DNA of 34,002 nt from a virus (Duplodnaviria > Caudoviricetes): IMG/VR virus record IMGVR_UViG_3300048849_000077, positions 1 through 34,002 of that record; one strand, given 5' to 3'. The translations under genes were made by a program, and so were the position numbers. Under the pieces are notes generated by a model, which was not told the origin of the DNA, made no database searches, and saw only the letters and a program-made list of their open reading frames with translations. Positions 17,230 to 24,751 of the stretch are shown here, one piece after another; the stretch's first letter is position 1, and the number at the start of each line of letters is the position of its first letter.

Positions 17230-17355
17230 AGAAAAGAAATCGGCCGGAACGGTCCGCCAGACAGGGTCTGCTCCGGCCGAGTTGCCGCGCGACGTGAACG
17301 CAAAGCCTGCGTTGCGCGGTATTTGGTGGCGGGACGGGAGGAGAAACCGCCACCA
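17230..17355 (-). ncRNA. Three-hairpin structured RNA with a CUCCUCCC loop, ending in a terminator (tR1-like)
   Basis: Stems 17324-17355, 17285-17319 and 17240-17280, then TTTCTTTTCT on the minus strand. Confidence 0.5.
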
Positions 17356-17380
17356 GGGGGAACATCGTGAAGGAGGCGCA

Positions 17381-17593
17381 TCATTCGGCAGCCTCCGGGC
17401 GAGAGCCGAATATATCGGGCCTAAGCTCATGTCTGGAAACTCCAGTGACGCTCTCAACGACAAGCACCCGGGAAGGCGGAACCTTCTGCCATTGCAAGAC
17501 TGCGGCAGGGGTTACGCCCAGTCGGCGAGCAAGTTCGCTAGCGCTGCCGACGCTCTCAATCGCTCTTTCAAGTGCAGTGGTGTCTGTGCCCAT
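17381..17593 (-). CDS. cro: Cro-like repressor (YdaS family)
   Basis: 70 aa, AIESVGSASELARRLGVTPAAVLQW...VSRHELRPDIF; divergent from cI. Confidence 0.88.
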   Translation of the reverse strand: MGTDTTALERAIESVGSASELARRLGVTPAAVLQWQKVPPSRVLVVESVTGVSRHELRPDIFGSRPEAAE

Positions 17594-17599
17594 GGCTAC

Positions 17600-17637
17600 T
17601 TGTAAGCATAACTTAGAATTGCTTGCAAGCGATAATT
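17600..17637 (-). promoter_or_regulatory. PR-like promoter/operator
   Basis: TTGCAA-N17-TTACAA; operator TAAG-N5-CTTA at 17603-17615; 29/37 identical to the inverted copy at 18702-18738. Confidence 0.7.
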
Positions 17638-17675
17638 GGCTATCCAGCGGCAAGGCACTTAGGCGATTTATAAGC

Positions 17676-18368
17676 ATGACTAAGAAAGAGAATGCCCTAA
17701 AGATCGGACTAGCAATTAAGACAGCGCGGAAGAGGCGCGGCCTTGTTCAGCGTAATATCGCCGAAGCCCTCGGGATTGAAGTTGCAGCGGTGGGAATGTG
17801 GGAGAGCGGCAAGAACTCGCCATCGTTCGATAACTTACGTCGCGCGGCCGGGCTGCTGAAAGTCGACGCGAGTGCCTTGTCAGAGGGCGAAGTCGTATAC
17901 CTTGACGATCAAGACTTGGCAGATGCTGAGATTATCACAGACTATGCGCCACTTCCTTCCGGCCCTATGGACGTAGAACTCCTGGGAGTGTCATACGGAG
18001 GAGATGACGGCGACTTTTCCTTCAACGGCGAGGTCCAAGGCTTCGTGCGCAGGCCTCCCGGTATTGCCTCGATGAAGAACGTCTTCGCTCTTCACGTCCT
18101 TAGCGACAGTATGGTCCCTCGGTATGATCCGGGCGAAGTTATCTACTGTGGCGGCCGCGAGCCCGTGCCTGGGGATCACGTTGTGATTGAAATGTTCTCC
18201 CCCGAAGAGGGCCAGGTTGGAAAAGCGTTCATCAAGAAGCTTGTCCAGCGAACGGGAAAAGAAATTGTCGTCGAGCAATACAATCCGAAGAAGCAGTTAA
18301 GCTACGACCGGTATGCCATCAAGCGCCTTTGGCGAGTGATTCCTTTGAAAGAGCTACTTGGATTCTGA
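17676..18368 (+). CDS. cI: CI-like repressor (XRE HTH plus S24 peptidase)
   Basis: IKTARKRRGLVQRNIAEALGI....VGMWESGKNSP; catalytic SDSM and FIKKL; ATG at 17676. Confidence 0.92.
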   Translation: MTKKENALKIGLAIKTARKRRGLVQRNIAEALGIEVAAVGMWESGKNSPSFDNLRRAAGLLKVDASALSEGEVVYLDDQDLADAEIITDYAPLPSGPMDVELLGVSYGGDDGDFSFNGEVQGFVRRPPGIASMKNVFALHVLSDSMVPRYDPGEVIYCGGREPVPGDHVVIEMFSPEEGQVGKAFIKKLVQRTGKEIVVEQYNPKKQLSYDRYAIKRLWRVIPLKELLGF

Positions 18369-18618
18369 GAACTTCCGCCTCAGCGCGAAGCCGATCCACA
18401 TCTCGATTGAAAAACGCCTGCACGGTCACGTTCTTTCCGGGTAGACCATCAGCCTTACAGCCGGAACATGATAGCTTCAGCGAGACATCACGTAATGGCG
18501 TGTGCAGGCTCACCCCCCGCGTCACCAACTGGCCCGGCTGGATCCAGCGATTACGGCCGCAATCGGCGCACTCAACACTCAATCTGCTCGCTGCTCCCAA
18601 GGGCATTTCTTCAGTCAT
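18319..18618 (-). CDS. Small zinc-ribbon protein (CxxC...CxxC), LexA-boxed
   Basis: CADC and CSGC; SD GGGAGG; overlaps the cI 3' end by 50 nt. Confidence 0.75.
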   Translation of the reverse strand: MTEEMPLGAASRLSVECADCGRNRWIQPGQLVTRGVSLHTPLRDVSLKLSCSGCKADGLPGKNVTVQAFFNRDVDRLRAEAEVLRIQVALSKESLAKGA

Positions 18619-18629
18619 TCATGCCTCCC

Positions 18630-18644
18630 GTTCTTTATACGTTC
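18630..18644 (-). promoter_or_regulatory. Alphaproteobacterial LexA (SOS) box
   Basis: Exact GTTC-N7-GTTC (GTTCTTTATACGTTC) adjacent to the SD of the zinc-ribbon gene. Confidence 0.8.
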
Positions 18645-18687
18645 TCTTATTGATTCATTTTTCGAAAGAGTCGAGAGTGATTCGTTC

Positions 18688-18739
18688 TAAGTGTTACTTA
18701 TAATTTTTGCTTGCAATCGCTTATAATTTACGCTTACAT
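18688..18739 (+). promoter_or_regulatory. PL-like promoter/operators for the early operon
   Basis: TTGCAA (18711)-N17-TTACAT; operator TAAG-N5-CTTA at 18688-18700 and a near-match at 18724-18736. Confidence 0.7.
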
Positions 18740-18812
18740 CTCTCCGTCCGCCGCAGACAGTAACGCCGGACATTTCTAGCTCCGCCTGCTGGCGGACAAA
18801 CAGGAGAGAAAA

Positions 18813-19049
18813 ATGCGTTTCGAAAACCACAACGCTTATCCGCTTTGCCGCAACCGTCAGGAGCAGGTTGCCTGCGTCGGCGAAGCCATGCGCCGCCTTG
18901 GCGAAGGCTGCACCGAGAGCGACCTCAAGAACAGCCTCGGCATCACAACCAGCCAGCTAAACGATGTTGCTGACGACGCACGCGCCTATGCAGTCGCCGC
19001 CAGCACCTATCAGCGGCGCGTTTCTGTTCCGGCCCAGCTCGCCGCCTGA
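18813..19049 (+). CDS. Hypothetical early protein (78 aa)
   Basis: SD AGGAG; first ORF after PL. Confidence 0.75.
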   Translation: MRFENHNAYPLCRNRQEQVACVGEAMRRLGEGCTESDLKNSLGITTSQLNDVADDARAYAVAASTYQRRVSVPAQLAA

Positions 19050-19123
19050 TCCGCTTCGGTGCCCGTCTGCGTACCCCCGGCGCGAGCCGCGCAGACGGCA
19101 TCCGAAACGGATCGGAGGCCACA

Positions 19124-19537
19124 ATGTCAGCCGTCAAAAACCCTCAGCAAATGCCCACTACACTGCCATTGTCACAGATGACGATGCTGCAGCTGGACGA
19201 AGAACTCGTATTCTGGACAGCTGAAATCGCCAGCGATGAACGTTGGGGCATATCGGCTGAAATCGCCATAGAGATGCGATTGGAAGTGGAAGCGGAGATC
19301 GTCCGCCGCCACGCAGCCGAACGGCGTAACGCACCTTTCATCGTCGATGATCCGGGTGTTCGTCCTTCGACGATCGCTATCACCGGATCGGGACGCGCCC
19401 GCCTCGAACACCTTCCAACGCGTTTCACCATCGCTTTCGCCGTCGTGATCTCGATCATTGGCATGTGCGCCGCTGCTGCACTAGCCGGCCAGCGCGTCAT
19501 TGAGATCGAAACTCGATATGCGCAGGAGGCGGTATGA
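19124..19537 (+). CDS. Hypothetical early protein with a C-terminal transmembrane helix
   Basis: SD GGAGG; FTIAFAVVISIIGMCAAAAL. Confidence 0.7.
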   Translation: MSAVKNPQQMPTTLPLSQMTMLQLDEELVFWTAEIASDERWGISAEIAIEMRLEVEAEIVRRHAAERRNAPFIVDDPGVRPSTIAITGSGRARLEHLPTRFTIAFAVVISIIGMCAAAALAGQRVIEIETRYAQEAV

Positions 19538-19824
19538 GCGCGACCATCCTACGCCTGCCAGTCCGCCCCGCACCGCGCGCCGTCGAGGCGCGTTCGGTTT
19601 CCTTCTTTGAGCGCGAGCTTGGCGCAGTCGCGGTCAATCTGAACGATGCCGCAGGCAGGTTTGGAATGTTGTCCGACCGCGCGAGCGACGAGGCATCCAT
19701 CGTCGAAGGCACGCGTTCGCTTGAGGCCGCGCTCTTTCATGCGCTGACCCTTAGCGGCTGCCTCCAGGCAGACCGCCCGCTGCGCGACCTTCTACTATCG
19801 CGCCTGGCACAGCGGGAGGCCTGA
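19534..19824 (+). CDS. Hypothetical early protein (96 aa)
   Basis: ATGA overlap, SD GGAGG. Confidence 0.7.
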   Translation: MSATILRLPVRPAPRAVEARSVSFFERELGAVAVNLNDAAGRFGMLSDRASDEASIVEGTRSLEAALFHALTLSGCLQADRPLRDLLLSRLAQREA

Positions 19825-19826
19825 AC

Positions 19827-20072
19827 GTGCAGGACCTTCCAGCCGCCAATGCAGTTCGAGCAGCCTTCGCCGACCAGGACGTTAAACTACCCCTGCGTCT
19901 GTCCGAAGAGGACGTCGGCGTGATCCTCGACGATGATGGCGCCGACGTGCTGACGGTCGACAGCAACGGCATGCGCGACAACGCCAAAGTTTTGATGATC
20001 GCTGCGCTCGTCGTATCGGCCGTCAATGACCTTGCCGGCTTTGACTTCGCATCCAGCGGGAGTTTGGATTGA
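19827..20072 (+). CDS. Hypothetical early protein (81 aa)
   Basis: GTG start with SD GGAGG; coupled to its neighbours. Confidence 0.65.
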   Translation: MQDLPAANAVRAAFADQDVKLPLRLSEEDVGVILDDDGADVLTVDSNGMRDNAKVLMIAALVVSAVNDLAGFDFASSGSLD

Positions 20073-20584
20073 TGGGGCGCGCCCAGGACAAAGAGCGGCT
20101 GGACACCATCCGCGCGCGCCACGGCGAGGCGAGCACGGACTGGAGAGCGATTGACAGCACCCGTCATGGCGAGCAGCTGACGGCTCGCTTGCTACCTACT
20201 CAGCCGTCGATCGCCCTTGTGACGCTGACGGCAGAGTGCGGGTATCAGGACCGCAACTTTCTCCTGCACGCGCACGCCGACATTCTGTTTCTGCTCCGCA
20301 TACTCGCAGACGCTTTCAGAAAGATCCGCGAGCTGCAGAAGCTTCAGGAGCAGCCGCGACCGGACTTGGCGAAGGAATGCGGCAGGATCTGCGAGGACAC
20401 TCTGTTCAAGCATTTCATGCTGCAGAAGCATGGAATCCCGTCAGACGACCGCGAGCGCTTCGCCACCGGTGTCCGCAAAGTCCTGCAGATTGAATCCCGC
20501 TCGGAACTCAACACGCACCCTGCCGCCGCCAAGCGGTGGGACGTCTTACTCGGACGCTTCCGCGAATGGAAGGAGTCAGCATGA
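20072..20584 (+). CDS. Hypothetical early protein (Ead/Ea22-like N-terminal motif)
   Basis: LDTIRAR...W...DRNFLLHAHADILFLL; TGATG overlap. Confidence 0.65.
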   Translation: MGRAQDKERLDTIRARHGEASTDWRAIDSTRHGEQLTARLLPTQPSIALVTLTAECGYQDRNFLLHAHADILFLLRILADAFRKIRELQKLQEQPRPDLAKECGRICEDTLFKHFMLQKHGIPSDDRERFATGVRKVLQIESRSELNTHPAAAKRWDVLLGRFREWKESA

Positions 20585-20931
20585 GCAGAAGAGATCAGAT
20601 CCGCGAGAAGATCATGGCCCGTGTCCAGATCGACGATCGCACCGGCTGCTGGACTTGGACCGGCCCGACATCAGGCAAGGAAGGTCGAGGCGCCGGATAT
20701 CCTCGCATGTCTTTAGGCGGGCAGACGGTCGCCGTGCACCTGGTCATGTGGACCAACGAGCACGGCTACATTCCCGGCAAGAAAGAGATCGACCACTACT
20801 GCCGAAACCGTCTCTGCGTGCGGCCCGAGCAGGATCACCTTCAACTCGTCACCCGCAAACGAAACATCTTGCGCCAATGGGAAGCGCGCAGGGCTGCTCT
20901 CGTCTGCCAAGAGGTTCACAACCATGACTGA
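20581..20931 (+). CDS. HNH endonuclease (homing-type)
   Basis: GCWTWTG, GYPRM, VHLVMW, IDHYCRNRLCVRP..HL; ATG at 20581. Confidence 0.88.
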   Translation: MSRRDQIREKIMARVQIDDRTGCWTWTGPTSGKEGRGAGYPRMSLGGQTVAVHLVMWTNEHGYIPGKKEIDHYCRNRLCVRPEQDHLQLVTRKRNILRQWEARRAALVCQEVHNHD

Positions 20932-22045
20932 CGACACCCATCGCTGCTCGCTTTGTGGCGTAGCGTTCAAGCCGGAAGACGTTTGCGCTGACGACATCAC
21001 CGAAGGCACCTGCCATGCGGAATGCCTGGGAGGTTCGCCGGTTGTCGATCTCGAAACGGGAGACGAGATCCCGGACGGGAAGATTGACACCTACCTCTAC
21101 AGCGAGGTCATGGATCCGAAGATCCTCGACGAGAGCGGAAAGGGTGCCGGGTTTGAGCTGACGCCTGAAAAAATGATCGCAGCACTGACACTTCCGCCCG
21201 CTCAGTCGCCAGTTAAGCCGTCGCCGGGAAGACCAGAAACCGGAGAGACGGTTAGGGGGGAGCCTTATGACCTCCCCCCGACTAATTCTCTGCGATCAGA
21301 CCCAGCGCCCGAGACGCATGCGGCGGACCTCACTCCCCTCGAAAGCAAATACCTCAGCCTTGCTCAGCAGGTCGTGAAAGGCGGCGGCTTCAATCATCCA
21401 GACCCTAGAGACGATGAGATGCGTCTCGTCGGATTCCGAGTGCCGGTTGAGATCGCCGGCCTCAGCGAAGCCCTCTTCGCACTTGATGCCATCCGCGCCG
21501 TTCTTACTGCGCTCACCCCCGCGACCGAAACGAAAATGGCTGGGTTATGCCGCCCCACTTATCAGCAGATCAAAGACGCGGTGCAGGCGAATATTAACCG
21601 GATGCACGACGCGGGAGAAAGCCACCCGATGATGGCGCGGTGGCTTTCAGCGGACCTAAATCGGCTTTACCCGCCGATCTCACCATCGCAGCATACGAAA
21701 ATGAAAAGGGTGCCTGGCGAGTTTGTTCAGCGCGTATTTGATGCGATTGATGACGTGCGGGAGCCTCCTGAAGAGGGGTGCACTTGGGAAGGATGGTTCT
21801 ACTCACAGCTTGATGACCTGTCTCGCAGGATAGGCGTTTTGGCAGATGAGATGGACCTCCCCCCATCACCCGAAACGAATTTGCGGGTGAACATCGACCG
21901 GCTGGCCGCCTCGATCGTCACCGCCGCCTGCGAACTGGACGGCCCCGCCGATCCGGCTGGCGACGACACGATCTCAATCACCACAAAAGATTTGGAAGCC
22001 GTCGTGCATCGCCACGTCACGGCAGCATTGGAGGCGGCACGCTGA
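20924..22045 (+). CDS. Modular hypothetical protein (373 aa) with repeat-delimited segments
   Basis: N-terminal CxxC...CHxxC; PAPETH, PATETK, PSQHTK and PSPETN linkers. Confidence 0.75.
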   Translation: MTDDTHRCSLCGVAFKPEDVCADDITEGTCHAECLGGSPVVDLETGDEIPDGKIDTYLYSEVMDPKILDESGKGAGFELTPEKMIAALTLPPAQSPVKPSPGRPETGETVRGEPYDLPPTNSLRSDPAPETHAADLTPLESKYLSLAQQVVKGGGFNHPDPRDDEMRLVGFRVPVEIAGLSEALFALDAIRAVLTALTPATETKMAGLCRPTYQQIKDAVQANINRMHDAGESHPMMARWLSADLNRLYPPISPSQHTKMKRVPGEFVQRVFDAIDDVREPPEEGCTWEGWFYSQLDDLSRRIGVLADEMDLPPSPETNLRVNIDRLAASIVTAACELDGPADPAGDDTISITTKDLEAVVHRHVTAALEAAR

Positions 22046-22428
22046 TGGAAACGATCAAGCTCGACGAGTTCCGCGCCCGCATCAAGGCCCAAGGCGTTTC
22101 CGATCGCATACATGCGGCTTTCAAATGCCCCATGTGCAAAACGGTCCAATCAATCACGAGCTTCACCCGTGCCGGCACTGATGCTGAAACGGCTGAAAAG
22201 TACATTGGCTTTTCCTGCGTTGGTCGCATCACAGGTGCAGAAGGCCCACGCAAAGAGCCGGATGGAAAGCCGTGCAACTGGACACTTGGGGGACTGTTCC
22301 GGCTGCACGAAATGGAAGTCATCGACGACGAGGGCAAGGCGCATCCTCACTTCGAAGTCGCGACACCAGAAGATGCCCAGGCGCTCGAAGCCACCATCGC
22401 CACCACGGAGGGCTCGGACAATGGCTGA
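22045..22428 (+). CDS. VVA0879-like conserved phage protein (Cys-rich)
   Basis: AFKCPMC..VQS, GFSCVGR, CNWTLGGLF. Confidence 0.75.
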   Translation: METIKLDEFRARIKAQGVSDRIHAAFKCPMCKTVQSITSFTRAGTDAETAEKYIGFSCVGRITGAEGPRKEPDGKPCNWTLGGLFRLHEMEVIDDEGKAHPHFEVATPEDAQALEATIATTEGSDNG

Positions 22429-23464
22429 TTTTATCGCTGGCCAGAAAGTGAAGCTCGTGAGGGACTTCGAGCCCGACAGAAGGACGGAAGCACCAAGCGA
22501 TGGCATCCTTCTTCCTGTCTTAGGCGAAACCTACACGGTCAGGAAAGTTGGACACGAGCCGGATTTTGGCTCAGTCCTGTTTCTTGAAGAGATTGTCAAC
22601 GAGACAAAATTCTATCTCGATGCCTTCAAGGTAATGGAACAAGGCTTTGATCCGACCCGCTTCCAGCTCGTCGACCCTGCACCGTCACCGAGGTCGGAAC
22701 CGGCAGACTTGCCCGTGCTGATGAAAGCAAGCCTGCCGACAACTTCTCGTCTCTCACAACTTGAAGCACGTAAGTCATGCGCCGCTTCGATTAACGAACC
22801 GTCAACGCTTAGCGGCCAACCGCCCAAGAACCATGCGCTAGGGTCCTGCGACCATCGTCCACACCCACCAGCACCCCAGAGCAGCGACCAGCAGCCAGAT
22901 CGTCACGATCACAGCAAGTCCACCACGACTGATTGGGCGTGCGATCTGGCTCTCGGCGAGCAGTCGGAATTCCGTCATCAGGTCGCCGGGAATGAGACGG
23001 ACAGCAAGAGCGATCCCGAAAGGGAGAAGCAACAGCTCGTCGAGGTAGCCCAGGATGGGAATGAAGTCCGGGATGAGATCGACAGGCGAGAGAGCATAGG
23101 CAGCTACACACCCGGCGACCAACTTGGCCGCGAACGGCGTACGCTTATCCCGAGCGGCGATCCAGAGTGCGATCGCGTCCCTTTTCAAGGCTTTCGCCCA
23201 GCGTTTCAATCTCTCGAACCAGCTCTTCATACCTTAACATACATCGCCACGGCCGAAGAAACAGTAAACCCGACCCGGCCGGCATCCCCCGCGCCCGAAA
23301 CGAATTTGGTATCAGCCGAACTCGCGGATGCGTCGAAAGTCAACGAGAACGCGTGTGGATCAAAAGGAGAAAGCTCGGCAACATGTTGCCCAGATGACCC
23401 TAACAGTGACCCTAAAAACGAGAACATCTGCTCGCCCCAGAACGATGCGGATGGCAAGCCATGA
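22421..23464 (+). CDS. Modular hypothetical protein (347 aa), SH3-like N-terminal module, spanning the antisense gene
   Basis: ATG at 22421 with SD GGAGG overlapping the upstream stop; its stop overlaps the xis ATG (ATGA). Confidence 0.6.
   Translation: MADFIAGQKVKLVRDFEPDRRTEAPSDGILLPVLGETYTVRKVGHEPDFGSVLFLEEIVNETKFYLDAFKVMEQGFDPTRFQLVDPAPSPRSEPADLPVLMKASLPTTSRLSQLEARKSCAASINEPSTLSGQPPKNHALGSCDHRPHPPAPQSSDQQPDRHDHSKSTTTDWACDLALGEQSEFRHQVAGNETDSKSDPEREKQQLVEVAQDGNEVRDEIDRRESIGSYTPGDQLGRERRTLIPSGDPECDRVPFQGFRPAFQSLEPALHTLTYIATAEETVNPTRPASPAPETNLVSAELADASKVNENACGSKGESSATCCPDDPNSDPKNENICSPQNDADGKP
22838..23230 (-). CDS. YkvA/DUF1232-family membrane protein, nested antisense
   Basis: RDKRTPFAAK...AYALSPVDLIPDFIPILGYLDE signature. 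Confidence 0.88.
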   Translation of the reverse strand: MKSWFERLKRWAKALKRDAIALWIAARDKRTPFAAKLVAGCVAAYALSPVDLIPDFIPILGYLDELLLLPFGIALAVRLIPGDLMTEFRLLAESQIARPISRGGLAVIVTIWLLVAALGCWWVWTMVAGP

Positions 23465-23628
23465 CAGCTCGAGCGATCATCACCGAGATTGAGCTGCGCA
23501 GGATGGCGAAGGTAGCCAAGAGGGATGGTGTTCGCGTCGAAGTGGAGATTGGCGGCAGGCTTTTTCGTGTCGCGCCAGACAACGCGAAGCCAGCTGCTGT
23601 TGACGAACACGAGGAGATCAGGCTTTGA
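23461..23628 (+). CDS. Putative excisionase / small protein preceding the integrase (55 aa)
   Basis: Not in the ORF track. MTARAIITEIELRRMAKVAKRDGVRVEVEIGGRLFRVAP...; overlaps the integrase start. Confidence 0.65.
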   Translation: MTARAIITEIELRRMAKVAKRDGVRVEVEIGGRLFRVAPDNAKPAAVDEHEEIRL

Positions 23629-24749
23629 ATGACCTCATGCCGCGAAAACTCCCGCTCTATGTCTGTAAGCAAAAGGACCGAAACGGTTCTTGGGTATACT
23701 ATTTCCGCATCGGGAAGGGTACGCGCACCCGCCTTCCCGACCCCAACGATAGCAGATTTCGCGCGGCCTATCAGGCCGCTCTTGCGGGTACTGAAGTCGA
23801 GATAAAGGGTCGCGACACCACGAACACGATCGCATGGCTTATTGCTCGCTACATGGAGAGCGCAGACTGGGCAGGCCTCCAGCCGGCGACCAGGAAGCAG
23901 CGCAGCAACATATTTTTCCATGTCAAAGAAAAGTCAGACGGTCGCGGCGGCAAGATCGGGATGAAGCCTTACTCCCTGATCACGGACAAAGCCGTGCGTG
24001 CAGGCATGGAAGATCGAGCCAAGACGCCGGCAGCCGCAAACAACTATCTGAAATCGATGTCTGCTCTATGCCGGTGGGCCGTCAAGAACGGCCACATGAA
24101 GGTCAACCCTACAGAAGGAGCGGAGCGCTTCAAGCTCAAGGGTGACGGCTTCCCGGCGTGGGAGATCGAGGACGTTCGGGCATTCTGCATCAAATGGCCG
24201 ATAGGCACAAAACAGCGGCTGGCGATGGAGCTCGCCATGCATACTGGGCTGAGGCGGTCGGACCTGGTCCGGATCGGACGTCAGCACCTGCGCGGCAATA
24301 CCCTCTCAATCACCACTACGAAGACATCAGCGCGAATCACTGTCGAGCTTCCGCAGCGCGTGATCGACATGATCGCGGCAACGCAGACCGGCGATCTCCA
24401 TTTTTTGGTGACTGATTATGGGAAGCCATTTTCGGTCCCAGGGTTCGGAAACTGGTTCGGGGACGCATCAAGGAAAGCGAATCTCGAAAAAAATACCCAC
24501 GGCTTGCGGAAGCTGGCAGCGACGATGGCCGCAAATGGCGGCGCAACAGCGCATGAATTGATGAGCCAGTTCGGCTGGTCGAACTCCAAACAGGCTGAAG
24601 TTTACACAAAAAAAGCGGACAGAGCCCGCCTTGGAGTAAAGTCTTCGCGCATCGTCAGCGAACAGCTCGGGAACGAGCTTGCCCCTCACAGCAATTCTTG
24701 TGAGGGGAATATTCCAGATAGTGAAGCGATATCAATAACTAAGAATTGA
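23625..24749 (+). CDS. int: Phage tyrosine integrase
   Basis: TGLRRSD, HGLRK, FGW, AEVYT catalytic motifs; stop lies 2 bp from the tRNA 3' end. Confidence 0.95.
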   Translation: MNDLMPRKLPLYVCKQKDRNGSWVYYFRIGKGTRTRLPDPNDSRFRAAYQAALAGTEVEIKGRDTTNTIAWLIARYMESADWAGLQPATRKQRSNIFFHVKEKSDGRGGKIGMKPYSLITDKAVRAGMEDRAKTPAAANNYLKSMSALCRWAVKNGHMKVNPTEGAERFKLKGDGFPAWEIEDVRAFCIKWPIGTKQRLAMELAMHTGLRRSDLVRIGRQHLRGNTLSITTTKTSARITVELPQRVIDMIAATQTGDLHFLVTDYGKPFSVPGFGNWFGDASRKANLEKNTHGLRKLAATMAANGGATAHELMSQFGWSNSKQAEVYTKKADRARLGVKSSRIVSEQLGNELAPHSNSCEGNIPDSEAISITKN

Positions 24750-24751
24750 GG

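Larger units (their letters stand above)
21301..23308 (+). repeat. Dispersed ~22-bp repeat, consensus CCC(C/A)(G/T)CGCCCGAAACGAA(T/A)(T/A)TG, five copies
   Basis: Copies at 21301, 21517, 21682, 21862 and 23287, all in the same reading frame. Confidence 0.7.
118..24751. mobile_element. Lambdoid HK97-like prophage (right part), integrated in tRNA-Ile2
   Basis: Complete order of tail, head, packaging, replication, immunity and integration modules ending at the tRNA. Confidence 0.95.

Noticed and set aside
17180-17605. Plus-strand 141-aa ORF and minus-strand 60-aa ORF between cII and cro
   Set aside because: No recognisable protein features; the region is better explained by RNA structure, although the 60-aa ORF has an ATGA overlap and is not fully excluded
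17367-17675. N-terminal extension making cI 333 aa
   Set aside because: It overlaps cro and the operators; the HTH begins right after the ATG at 17676
21301-21883. Repeat array as CRISPR, integron attC or DGR
   Set aside because: Repeats are degenerate, non-palindromic and 165-216 bp apart inside an ORF; no cas, intI or reverse transcriptase is present
22112-22420. Upstream part of the 450-aa ORF
   Set aside because: It overlaps the VVA0879-like gene in another frame; the ATG at 22421 has an SD
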